A DNA stretch of 64,000 nucleotides from Pseudomonadota bacterium. GTDB taxonomy: Bacteria; Pseudomonadota; Gammaproteobacteria; Steroidobacterales; Steroidobacteraceae. A program made the position numbers and the translations under genes. The stretch is from assembly GCA_021779535.1 (NCBI GenBank), contig JAJYAM010000001.1, forward strand, positions 12,595 to 76,594. The letters run 5' to 3'. Shown here piece after piece: positions 23,370 through 31,133 of this stretch (position 1 is the first letter of the stretch; the number at the start of each line of letters is the position of its first letter). The notes beneath the pieces are model-generated. The model saw nothing but the letters and a program-made list of their open reading frames with translations, was not told where the DNA came from and made no database searches.

Positions 23370-24157
23370 CACCGTTCGCGCCCGGGGGCCTCCCGAGCTT
23401 CCTGTTCGTCGCGATCGCGGCGGGTGGCGCCGGCTTCGTCGACTCGATGGCCGGCGGCGGCGGGCTGATCCAGCTGCCGGCGCTGCTCACCGCGTATCCG
23501 GCCGAGGCGCCGGCGACCCTGCTCGGCACCAACAAGCTCGCGGGGATCCTCGGCACGACGACCGCGGCCGTGCGCTATGCACGGGCGGTGCGCATCGACT
23601 GGCGCACGGTGCTGCCCGCGATCGCGATCGCGCTGCCCTGCAGCCTCCTCGGCGCCAGCCTGGCGAGCGTGCTCTCGCCGGCCACGTTCCGGGTGCTGGT
23701 GCCGATGATCCTCGCGGCGGTGCTGATCTACGTGCTCGCACGGCGCGATCTCGGCGCGAACCATGCGCCGCGTCCGCTGTCACCCGGCCAGCGCGCGGCC
23801 GCATTCGCCGGTGTCGCGGCGATCGCGGCCTACGACGGCTTCTTCGGGCCCGGGACCGGCAACTTTCTGATGCTGCTGTTCGTGCGGGTGTACGGCTTCG
23901 ACTTCTTGAACGCGGCCGCGAGCGCCCGCTGGGTGAACGTCGCGACCAACGCCGGCGCGCTGCTCTACTTCGGCTCCCATCGCCGGATCGCGTGGGGACT
24001 TGCGCTCGCGATCGGCGGGTGCAACGTCCTCGGGAGCGTCCTCGGCGCGCACACGGCGCTACGTCACGGCAGCCGCTTCGTGCGCATCGCGTTCGTGATG
24101 GTCGTCGGCGCGCTGATCGCGAAGACGGCCTGGGACGCCGGTTTGGCGATCCGTTGA
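23366..24157 (+). CDS. TSUP (TauE/SafE, YfcA-like) membrane transporter; start codon uncertain
   Basis: FVDSMAGGGGLIQLPALL and GTNKL motifs, with multiple TM segments. There is no ATG/GTG/TTG in frame between the nudC end and the conserved motif. CTG at 23366 is used as a placeholder start. Confidence 0.7.
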   Translation: MTPFAPGGLPSFLFVAIAAGGAGFVDSMAGGGGLIQLPALLTAYPAEAPATLLGTNKLAGILGTTTAAVRYARAVRIDWRTVLPAIAIALPCSLLGASLASVLSPATFRVLVPMILAAVLIYVLARRDLGANHAPRPLSPGQRAAAFAGVAAIAAYDGFFGPGTGNFLMLLFVRVYGFDFLNAAASARWVNVATNAGALLYFGSHRRIAWGLALAIGGCNVLGSVLGAHTALRHGSRFVRIAFVMVVGALIAKTAWDAGLAIR

Positions 24158-24211
24158 GCCGTGCGCGCGGCTGCGGCGGCCCGCCGACCGGGCCGGGCCG
24201 CCGCCGGCCGA

Positions 24212-24610
24212 TCAATTCACGGCGAGATCGGAAGGAGCCGCCGGCAGCAAGGTTCCGACCGGCGCGACACTCGGCGCGGGCGCGGGCGTCGGCGCGGCGG
24301 GCGGTGCCGCACTCGCAGCCGGTGCCGGCTTGGGTCGCGCGATCACGTTCCGGCGCTTCACCGCCCGCTGTGCGGTCTTTTTCGGCACGGCCGCTTTCTT
24401 GACGGCCTTTCGGGCGAGCTTCTTCGCGGCGGGACGGGCGGCCTTCTTGGCGACCTTGCGCGCGACTTTTCGCACGGTCTTGCGCGCGACCTTGCGTACG
24501 GTCTTGCGTACGGTCTTGCGCGCGGTCTTGCGCGCGGTTCGCCGCACGGTCCGCTTCGCGCGCTTCGCGACGTTCCTTCCCTGCTTTTTCGTCTTCGATT
24601 TCTTAGCCAT
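24212..24610 (-). CDS. histone H1-like / AlgP-type Lys-Arg-Ala-rich basic repeat protein
   Basis: 132 aa from MAKKSKTKKQ. Tandem (A/V)RK(T/V) tetrapeptides followed by a Pro/Ala tail. Confidence 0.7.
   Translation of the reverse strand: MAKKSKTKKQGRNVAKRAKRTVRRTARKTARKTVRKTVRKVARKTVRKVARKVAKKAARPAAKKLARKAVKKAAVPKKTAQRAVKRRNVIARPKPAPAASAAPPAAPTPAPAPSVAPVGTLLPAAPSDLAVN
24443..24538. repeat. 12-nt-periodic tandem coding repeat (cggtcttgcgcg-like units)
   Basis: About 8 imperfect units encode ARKT/VRKT/VRKV/ARKV inside the H1-like gene. Confidence 0.7.
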
Positions 24611-24783
24611 GTTCAAACGTCTCCTCGCGGGTCGAGTCAACACGAGCTGGGCCACGGTACGCGTCGCAGAGTAGCCCCGGAGCGCATCGCTTGTCATCTG
24701 GTTCCAACGCCCGCGCGGTGGTGATAAATACTGCTCGCGACCGACCGGCGCGAAGCGCCGCCTGAACCCCGGGAGGGTTGAAC

Positions 24784-25299
24784 ATGAAGACCGCCGATCT
24801 CGTCGATGAACACGATGACCGGGTGCGCCTCTGCGACCGGCCCTGGCGGCGATTCGGCCGGGTGCGGTCGTTCTGGGGACCGGTGGCGACGGTGCGCTGC
24901 TTCGAGGACAACGCGCTGCTCAAGAAAGCCCTCCAGGAACGCGGCGATGGCCGGGTGATGGTCGTCGACGGCGGGGGTTCGACTCGGTGCGCGCTGATCG
25001 GCGACCAGATCGCCGCGATCCTCGCGGCGGGCGGCTGGGCGGGCATCGTGCTCAACGGCGCGATTCGCGACTCCGCCGAGATCGACGCAATGCCGGTCGG
25101 GGTGTTCTGCCTCGGGACGACACCGAAGAAGAGCGCGAAGGACGGCGGCGGGCACCGGAACGTTCCGATCGAGTTCGGCGGCGTCGAGTTCCGGCCCGGT
25201 GCGTACGTCTACTGCGACGCCGACGGCGTGCTGGTGTCCGCCGAAGCGCTGCTCGCACGCCCGGGAGGGTCGCTGGAGTTGCACGCGGGGATCCCGTAG
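24784..25299 (+). CDS. rraA: ribonuclease E activity regulator RraA (RraA/HMG-aldolase family)
   Basis: VRCFEDNALLKKAL..GRVMVVDGGGSTRCALIGD..GAIRD. GGGAGGG lies 6 nt upstream of the ATG at 24784. Confidence 0.85.
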   Translation: MKTADLVDEHDDRVRLCDRPWRRFGRVRSFWGPVATVRCFEDNALLKKALQERGDGRVMVVDGGGSTRCALIGDQIAAILAAGGWAGIVLNGAIRDSAEIDAMPVGVFCLGTTPKKSAKDGGGHRNVPIEFGGVEFRPGAYVYCDADGVLVSAEALLARPGGSLELHAGIP

Positions 25300-25328
25300 G
25301 CTGCGCGCTGCCGACTCCGCGAGCACCG

Positions 25329-25979
25329 ATGGCCGAAGACAACGTCCCCGAAACCGTTCGCCCACTGCACGACGTGTGGCTGCGTCCCCGCCGCGTCGCC
25401 CGCGAACTGGCGTCGGCGCCGGTCGGGCTCGCCGACTACCTGCTCGGCGCCGCGCAAGGCATCCTCAACTGGCTCGTGCTGAGCCGCGTGCAATCGGTCG
25501 GAGCGAGCGCGGGGGTCGCGACGATCCTCGGGCGCGCGCTGGTCGCCGGCCCGCTCGCCGGCATCCTCGGCATGTACTTGATGGCCGCGGTCTACCTGCG
25601 GCTCGGCCGGCGCCTCGGCGGCACCGCCACTCGTGCGCAACTCGTGCACGTCCTCGCGTACAGCGGGGCTCCGATGCTCGTCTCGCTGCTGCTGTGGTTG
25701 GTGACCGCCGCGCTGGCCGGACGCGCGGTGTTCCTCGCGAGCCCCGGCGCGGGCGTCGAGCCGTTCATACTGGTGGTGCTGCGCCTGCAAATCATCGCCC
25801 ACGGGATCCTGGTCGGCTGGAGCCTGTTGCTGCAGGTGATGGGCCTGAGCGAGGCGGAACGCCTGCCGATCGGCCGCGCGTTCGGGGTCTGGGTCCTCGG
25901 CCAGGCCCTCGTGCTGCTCGCGTTGATGCTGTTGCGGATCCTGTTGCTCTCCGTGCACGCCCACCCGCTGCACCCTTGA
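25329..25979 (+). CDS. Yip1-like multi-pass membrane protein
   Basis: 216 aa with 5 hydrophobic segments. The family assignment is tentative. Confidence 0.5.
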   Translation: MAEDNVPETVRPLHDVWLRPRRVARELASAPVGLADYLLGAAQGILNWLVLSRVQSVGASAGVATILGRALVAGPLAGILGMYLMAAVYLRLGRRLGGTATRAQLVHVLAYSGAPMLVSLLLWLVTAALAGRAVFLASPGAGVEPFILVVLRLQIIAHGILVGWSLLLQVMGLSEAERLPIGRAFGVWVLGQALVLLALMLLRILLLSVHAHPLHP

Positions 25980-26065
25980 GGCCGCGCGCGGCCGGCGGTG
26001 CCGCGCCGATCGCCGGTCCCCGCGCGCCGCGCGCCGTTCCCCGCGGAACGGGGCGTTTGACAGCG

Positions 26066-26104
26066 GATGCATTTTTATGCAGCATGGCTGCGAATTTATG
26101 CACG
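26066..26104 (+). promoter_or_regulatory. tandem ARG boxes (ArgR operator)
   Basis: Two 18-mers spaced 21 bp start to start: gaTGCATttttATGCAgc (26066-26083) and gcTGCGAatttATGCAcg (26087-26104). Each is an imperfect palindrome of the TGnAT-W4-ATnCA type, and they lie immediately upstream of argR. Confidence 0.7.
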
Positions 26105-26114
26105 CCCCGACCCC

Positions 26115-26576
26115 ATGCTCCGCCCGATGACCGATTCGACCGACACGTCCGCGCGGCGCAGTCTGCTCGCGAAGATCCTGCGCGAGCGCACGATCGAGCG
26201 TCAGGCCGAGCTCGTCGAGGTCCTGCGCAAGCGCGGGCATCGCGCGACCCAGTCGAGCGTGAGCCGGGACTTGCGCGAACTCGGCGTCGCGAAACTCGGC
26301 CGCCGCTACGTGCTCACCGACGAGGCGGCCCGCTCGATCGGCGACTTCTCGGCGCTGCGCCCGTTCGTGACCTCCCGGGTCACCGCGGGCGCGAACCTCA
26401 CGGTGCTGAAGACGAAGATCGGCACGGCGCAGAGCGTCGCGGTCGCGATCGACGCGGCCGCGTGGCCGGAGGTCGTCGGCACCCTGTCCGGCGACGACAC
26501 GATATTCATCGCCACCCGCGGCGCGCGCGAGCAGCGCTGCCTCTGCGAACGCCTGCTCGCGATCTTCGGTCGGTAG
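26115..26576 (+). CDS. argR: arginine repressor ArgR
   Basis: Winged-helix N-terminus (LLAKILRERTIERQAELVEVLRKRGHRATQSSVSRDLRELG) and C-terminal oligomerisation domain (TLSGDDTIFI). The start may be 26115 or 26127. Confidence 0.85.
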   Translation: MLRPMTDSTDTSARRSLLAKILRERTIERQAELVEVLRKRGHRATQSSVSRDLRELGVAKLGRRYVLTDEAARSIGDFSALRPFVTSRVTAGANLTVLKTKIGTAQSVAVAIDAAAWPEVVGTLSGDDTIFIATRGAREQRCLCERLLAIFGR

Positions 26577-26584
26577 GGAAACCC

Positions 26585-27811
26585 ATGACAGCGAACGCCT
26601 CGACGGGCACCGGGCCCATCCTTCTCGCGTTTTCCGGCGGACTCGACACCTCGTTCCTCGTGCCCTGGCTCACCGAGACCTACGGCCGGCCGGTGATCAC
26701 GGTCACCGTCGACACCGGCGGGATCGACGCCGAAGCGGCACGCCGGCTCGCGGACCGGGCCGGGGCGCTTGGCGCGATCGATCACCGGCTGGTCGACGCG
26801 CGCACCGGCTACTTCGAGCAGGTGCTGAAGTACCTGATCATGGGGAACGTCCGGCGCGGACAGCTCTATCCCCTGTGCGTCGGCGCCGAACGCGTGCTGC
26901 AGGCGCAGACCATCGCGCAACTCGCGGTCGCGATGAACACCCGGTCGGTCGCGCACGGCTGCACGGCCGCCGGCAACGATCAGGTGCGCTTCGAGGTCGC
27001 GCTGCGCACGCTCGCGCCGGACCTGGAGATCATCGCGCCGGTCCGCGACCGCGCGTTCAAGCGGCCCGAGCAGCTCAAGTATCTCGAGGAACGCCGGCTG
27101 CCGATTCCGCCGTTCGGCGCCGCGTATTCGGTGAATCGAGGACTCTGGGGCGTGACGATCGGCGGCAAGGAGACGCTGACCTCGGCGGGCTCGATTCCGG
27201 AGTCGGCCTGGGTCCTGTCGAAGGACGCGTTCTCGAGCCCGCGCGCGAGCGCCCGCCACGTGATCGGCTTCGAACGCGGCGTGCCGGTCTCGCTGGACCA
27301 CGAACGGCTGACGCCGGTCGCGGTGATCGAGCGCCTCGAGACGCTCGCGGGCCCGTACGGGATCGGCCGCGGGATCCACCTCGGCGACACCGTGATCGGG
27401 ACGAAGGGCCGGGTCGCGTTCGAGGCACCGGCGGCGGAGGTGCTGCTGACCGCGCATCGCGAGCTCGAAAAGCTGGTGCTGACCGCGAAGCAGGCGCGGA
27501 TCAAGGAAATGCTCGCGCAGCCCTACGGCGACCTGGTCCACGAGGGCCAGCACCTCGACCCCGCGTGCCGCGACATCGAGGCGCTGCTCGAGTCCTCGCA
27601 GTCGCGCGTGACCGGAGAGGTCACCGTGCTGTTGCGTCCCGGCTCGGCGTTCGTCGAGGGCGTCGTGTCCGATTTCTCGCTGATGGCGGCCTCGAAGGGC
27701 GTCTACGGCGAGTCCGCCGGCGAATGGACGCCGGCCGACGCGCTCGGCTATTCGAAGATCCTCGCGTTGCCCGGGATCTTCTACCAGCGAGCCGGGGGCT
27801 GCGCGCGATGA
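26585..27811 (+). CDS. argG: argininosuccinate synthase
   Basis: 408 aa. AFSGGLDTS, HGCTAAGNDQVRFE. Confidence 0.9.
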   Translation: MTANASTGTGPILLAFSGGLDTSFLVPWLTETYGRPVITVTVDTGGIDAEAARRLADRAGALGAIDHRLVDARTGYFEQVLKYLIMGNVRRGQLYPLCVGAERVLQAQTIAQLAVAMNTRSVAHGCTAAGNDQVRFEVALRTLAPDLEIIAPVRDRAFKRPEQLKYLEERRLPIPPFGAAYSVNRGLWGVTIGGKETLTSAGSIPESAWVLSKDAFSSPRASARHVIGFERGVPVSLDHERLTPVAVIERLETLAGPYGIGRGIHLGDTVIGTKGRVAFEAPAAEVLLTAHRELEKLVLTAKQARIKEMLAQPYGDLVHEGQHLDPACRDIEALLESSQSRVTGEVTVLLRPGSAFVEGVVSDFSLMAASKGVYGESAGEWTPADALGYSKILALPGIFYQRAGGCAR

Positions 27812-28896
27812 GCGGCATGCGCACGGTGCTCGTCGACAAGCTCGCGTCGGTCACGCAGGCTTGCGGTTTGTCGCACGAAGTCCGGATCTCCCCGGACATC
27901 GCCTGCGAGGAGGGCAACCTCGTCGTCGTCGAGGTCTTGAACGACAAGTCGACCTACAACACGCTCGAGCTGACGAGCGGACGGATGGCGAAGGTGTCGC
28001 GCGGGGACATCGTGGTCGGCGCGCTCGGCCACCGCCGGGCGCTGTTCGGGTATTCCGGCCACATTCCGCCGAGCCTCGCGCCGGGGGACGTGATCCAGAT
28101 GCTCAACATCGGCGGCGTGCTCGGCATCTGCGACTCGGCGACGCCGGACAAGGGCAAGCCCTTCGACTGTCGGGTGCTCGGCGCCGTGCTGACGTTCCCG
28201 TATCTCGGCGAGCGAATCGGAATCCCTGCGAAAGCGGGTTACCAGCGCCTCGATCAGGCCGCGCCGCTCGACGCGCGCGGCGTGCCGGTCGTCGCGCTCG
28301 CGGGCACGTGCATGGAGGCCGGCAAGACCGCGGCCGCGGCGGCGATCATCGCGAGGATGCGGCACCGGGGCCTGGTCGTGGACGCGTTCAAGGCGACCGG
28401 CGTGTCGCTGCGCAGGGACATCCTCGCGTTCGAGGACGCGGGTGCCCGGCGCACGATGATCTTCACCGATCTCGGGGTCGTCACGACGACCGAGAAGAAC
28501 GGACCGGCGTTGACCCGCACGATGCTGACCGAAATGGCCTCGGGGACCCCGGATGCGATCGTGTTCGAGCTCGGTGACGGCCTGCTCGGCGCGTACGGCG
28601 TCGAAGCGATCCTGCAGGACGCGGCGATCAAGCAGGCGCTGACCGCGGTCGTGCTTTCCGCGAACGATCCGGTCGCCGCGTGGGGCGGGGTGAAGCTGCT
28701 GCGCGAGCATTTCGCGATCGAGCCCTGCGTCGTGACCGGCCCCGCGACCGACAACCAGGTCGGCGTGCAGATCATCCGCGACCGGATGGGCCTCGCGGCG
28801 TTCAACGCGATCAGCAATCCGGGCGCGCTCGGCGACCACATCCTCTCCGGACTCCGGATCCCGCGCCTCGCCGAGGCGCGGGTCGCCGCCGAATGA
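27808..28896 (+). CDS. uncharacterised two-domain protein with a DTBS/CobQ/DUF1611-like P-loop, embedded in the arg operon
   Basis: 362 aa. ATGA overlaps with the argG stop (27808-27811) and the argC start (28893-28896). P-loop-like VVALAGTCMEAGKTAAAAAII at about residue 170, and a Walker-B-like AIVFELGDGLLG. Confidence 0.8.
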   Translation: MSGMRTVLVDKLASVTQACGLSHEVRISPDIACEEGNLVVVEVLNDKSTYNTLELTSGRMAKVSRGDIVVGALGHRRALFGYSGHIPPSLAPGDVIQMLNIGGVLGICDSATPDKGKPFDCRVLGAVLTFPYLGERIGIPAKAGYQRLDQAAPLDARGVPVVALAGTCMEAGKTAAAAAIIARMRHRGLVVDAFKATGVSLRRDILAFEDAGARRTMIFTDLGVVTTTEKNGPALTRTMLTEMASGTPDAIVFELGDGLLGAYGVEAILQDAAIKQALTAVVLSANDPVAAWGGVKLLREHFAIEPCVVTGPATDNQVGVQIIRDRMGLAAFNAISNPGALGDHILSGLRIPRLAEARVAAE

Positions 28897-29954
28897 GCGC
28901 GCGAACCCCGGCGTACGTGCTCGGCGGCACCGGTTATGTCGCCGGAGAGGTCCTGCGGTTGATCGCCGGGCATCCGCAGCTCGAACTCGGCGGCATCCTG
29001 TCGGAGAGCCACTCCGCCGCGCCGATCGGCGAAGCGTTCCCGCACCTGCTCGGCGCCTACGGCGACCGGCGGTTCGCGGGGATCGACGAGATCGACGCCG
29101 CGATCCGCGCCGCGTCCGCGGCCGCGCTGTTCTCGGCGGCCCCGCACGGCGCGGCGGCGGCGACGATCGACCGGCTGCTGTCGGCGGCGGAGGCGGCCGG
29201 CACGCGGATCCACTGCGTCGACATCTCGGCGGACTTCCGGTACCGCAGCGCCGCCGCGTACGGCGCGGTCTACGGCCACGCGCACGCCGCGCCGGCACGC
29301 ATCGCGGAGTTCACCTGCGCGCTGCCCGAGCATCTCGGCACCGCGCCGACGCCGCACATCGCCCACCCCGGCTGCTTCGCATCCGCGATCCTGCTCGCGA
29401 TCGTCCCGCTCCTCGCCGCCGATCTGGTCGAGCCCGTCCTGTTCGCGAGCGGCGTCACGGGCAGCACCGGCTCCGGACGCAAGCCGGTCGACGGGACGCA
29501 CCATCCGCGCCGTCACGGCGATCTGTACGCGTACAACCCGCTCACCCACCGTCACGTGCCGGAGATCCTCGCGTGCGCCGAGGCCGCGACCGGCGTCGCG
29601 GCGGAATTGCATTTCGTCCCGCACTCGGGACCGTTCGCGCGCGGGATCCACGTGACGGTGCAGGCGCGGCTGCGCCGGCCGAGCAGCGGTGCGAGCGTGC
29701 GCGAGGCGATCGCGGCGTACTACGCCGGCCAGCCGTTCGTCCAGGTCGTGGGCGGGCCGCCGCGCATCAAGGACGTCGTCGCGAGCAACTACGCGCATCT
29801 CGGCGTCGCCGCCGACGGCGCGACGGTCGCCGTGATGTCGGTGCTCGACAACCTGACGAAGGGGGCGGCCGGCGGCGCGATGCAGTGGATGAACCGATTG
29901 TTCGGGTTCGAGGAGGCCGCCGGACTCACGGCCCCCGCGCCCGGCTGGACTTGA
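28893..29954 (+). CDS. argC: N-acetyl-gamma-glutamyl-phosphate reductase
   Basis: 353 aa. GGTGYVAGEVLRL, active-site HPGCFASA, LDNLTKGAAG. Confidence 0.9.
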   Translation: MSARTPAYVLGGTGYVAGEVLRLIAGHPQLELGGILSESHSAAPIGEAFPHLLGAYGDRRFAGIDEIDAAIRAASAAALFSAAPHGAAAATIDRLLSAAEAAGTRIHCVDISADFRYRSAAAYGAVYGHAHAAPARIAEFTCALPEHLGTAPTPHIAHPGCFASAILLAIVPLLAADLVEPVLFASGVTGSTGSGRKPVDGTHHPRRHGDLYAYNPLTHRHVPEILACAEAATGVAAELHFVPHSGPFARGIHVTVQARLRRPSSGASVREAIAAYYAGQPFVQVVGGPPRIKDVVASNYAHLGVAADGATVAVMSVLDNLTKGAAGGAMQWMNRLFGFEEAAGLTAPAPGWT

Positions 29955-29963
29955 GGCCGACCG

Positions 29964-31133
29964 ATGGCGACCGCGACGAATTCCTCGACCGACACGCCCG
30001 CGAGCCACCTGGCCCGCGTGTTCGCCCAGTACCCGATCGACGTCGTGAGAGGCGACGGCGTTTGGATCCTGGCACGCGATGGACGCAAATTCCTCGACTT
30101 CTACGGCGGCCACGCGGTCGCGGGCTTGGGCTACGGTCATCCGCGCTGGCTCGCCGCGCTCGAACGCCAGGCACGGCAGATCGCGTTCCAGACGAACGCG
30201 CTGCCGATTGCGATACGCGAGCGGGCGGCCGCGAAACTCGCGAAATTCACCGGTCTTGGCCTCGACACCGTGTTCTGGGTCAACAGCGGCGCGGAAGCGA
30301 ACGAGAACGCGCTGCGAATGGCGTTCAAGATCACCGGCCGCACCAAGGCGGTCGCGCTCGAGCACGGCTGGCACGGCCGGACCGCGGCCGCCGGCGCGGT
30401 CACCTGGGGCGCGATCGAGAAGTGGTACGCGTTCCCGCGCCGCCCGTTCGACGTCGCGTTCGCCCCGCGCGCCGACCCGGCCGCGATCGACTCGATCGTC
30501 GACCGGGACACCGCGGCGGTGATCGTCGAGCCCGTTCAAGGCGTCGGCGGCGCCTACGACCTGGGCAAGCCGATGCTCGAGGCCCTGCGCCGGCGCTGCG
30601 ACGAGACCGGCGCGCTGCTGATCTTCGACGAAGTGCAATGCGGAATGGGGCGCACCGGGAGCGCGTTCGCCGCGAATCACTACGGCATCGCGCCGGACAT
30701 GCTGACCTCGGCGAAGGCGCTCGGCAACGGCTTTCCGGTCGCGGCGCTGCTGATGTCGCGACGGGTCGCGCGACAGGTCCAGACCGACGACATGGGCACG
30801 ACGTTCGGCGGAGGCCCGATGGCCTGCGCGGTCGCCGAAGCGGTGATCGATGCGATCGAGTCGGAATCGCTGCTCGCGAACGTGCGCACCGTATCGGCGT
30901 ACCTGCGCGCCCATTGCCGCGTCGGCCCGGTGACCGGTGTCCAAGGTCTCGGCTTCCTGCTCGGCTTGCGGACCAGCCGGCCGGCCAAGGAGGTACAGGC
31001 CGCGCTGATCGACAAGCAGATCCTGGCGGGCACGAGCGGCGATCCGCACGTGCTGCGGCTGCTGCCCGCGTACATCCTGACCGAAGGACACGTCGATCGG
31101 CTGTGCGAAGCGCTCGCGCAGATCAGCCCATGA
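29964..31133 (+). CDS. argD: acetylornithine aminotransferase (class-III PLP aminotransferase)
   Basis: 389 aa. NSGAEANE, LIFDEVQCGMGRTG, TSAKALGNG. Confidence 0.9.
   Translation: MATATNSSTDTPASHLARVFAQYPIDVVRGDGVWILARDGRKFLDFYGGHAVAGLGYGHPRWLAALERQARQIAFQTNALPIAIRERAAAKLAKFTGLGLDTVFWVNSGAEANENALRMAFKITGRTKAVALEHGWHGRTAAAGAVTWGAIEKWYAFPRRPFDVAFAPRADPAAIDSIVDRDTAAVIVEPVQGVGGAYDLGKPMLEALRRRCDETGALLIFDEVQCGMGRTGSAFAANHYGIAPDMLTSAKALGNGFPVAALLMSRRVARQVQTDDMGTTFGGGPMACAVAEAVIDAIESESLLANVRTVSAYLRAHCRVGPVTGVQGLGFLLGLRTSRPAKEVQAALIDKQILAGTSGDPHVLRLLPAYILTEGHVDRLCEALAQISP

Noticed and set aside
24443-24538. Short-period tandem repeat that could be mistaken for a CRISPR or VNTR locus
   Set aside because: The period is 12 nt with no spacers. 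It is in frame inside a Lys/Arg-rich CDS, so it is a coding tetrapeptide repeat and not a CRISPR array. No cas genes are present.
28254-31091. 945-aa ORF antisense to X-argC-argD
   Set aside because: It is a shadow ORF opposite three well-supported, translationally coupled arg genes, and it has no motifs.
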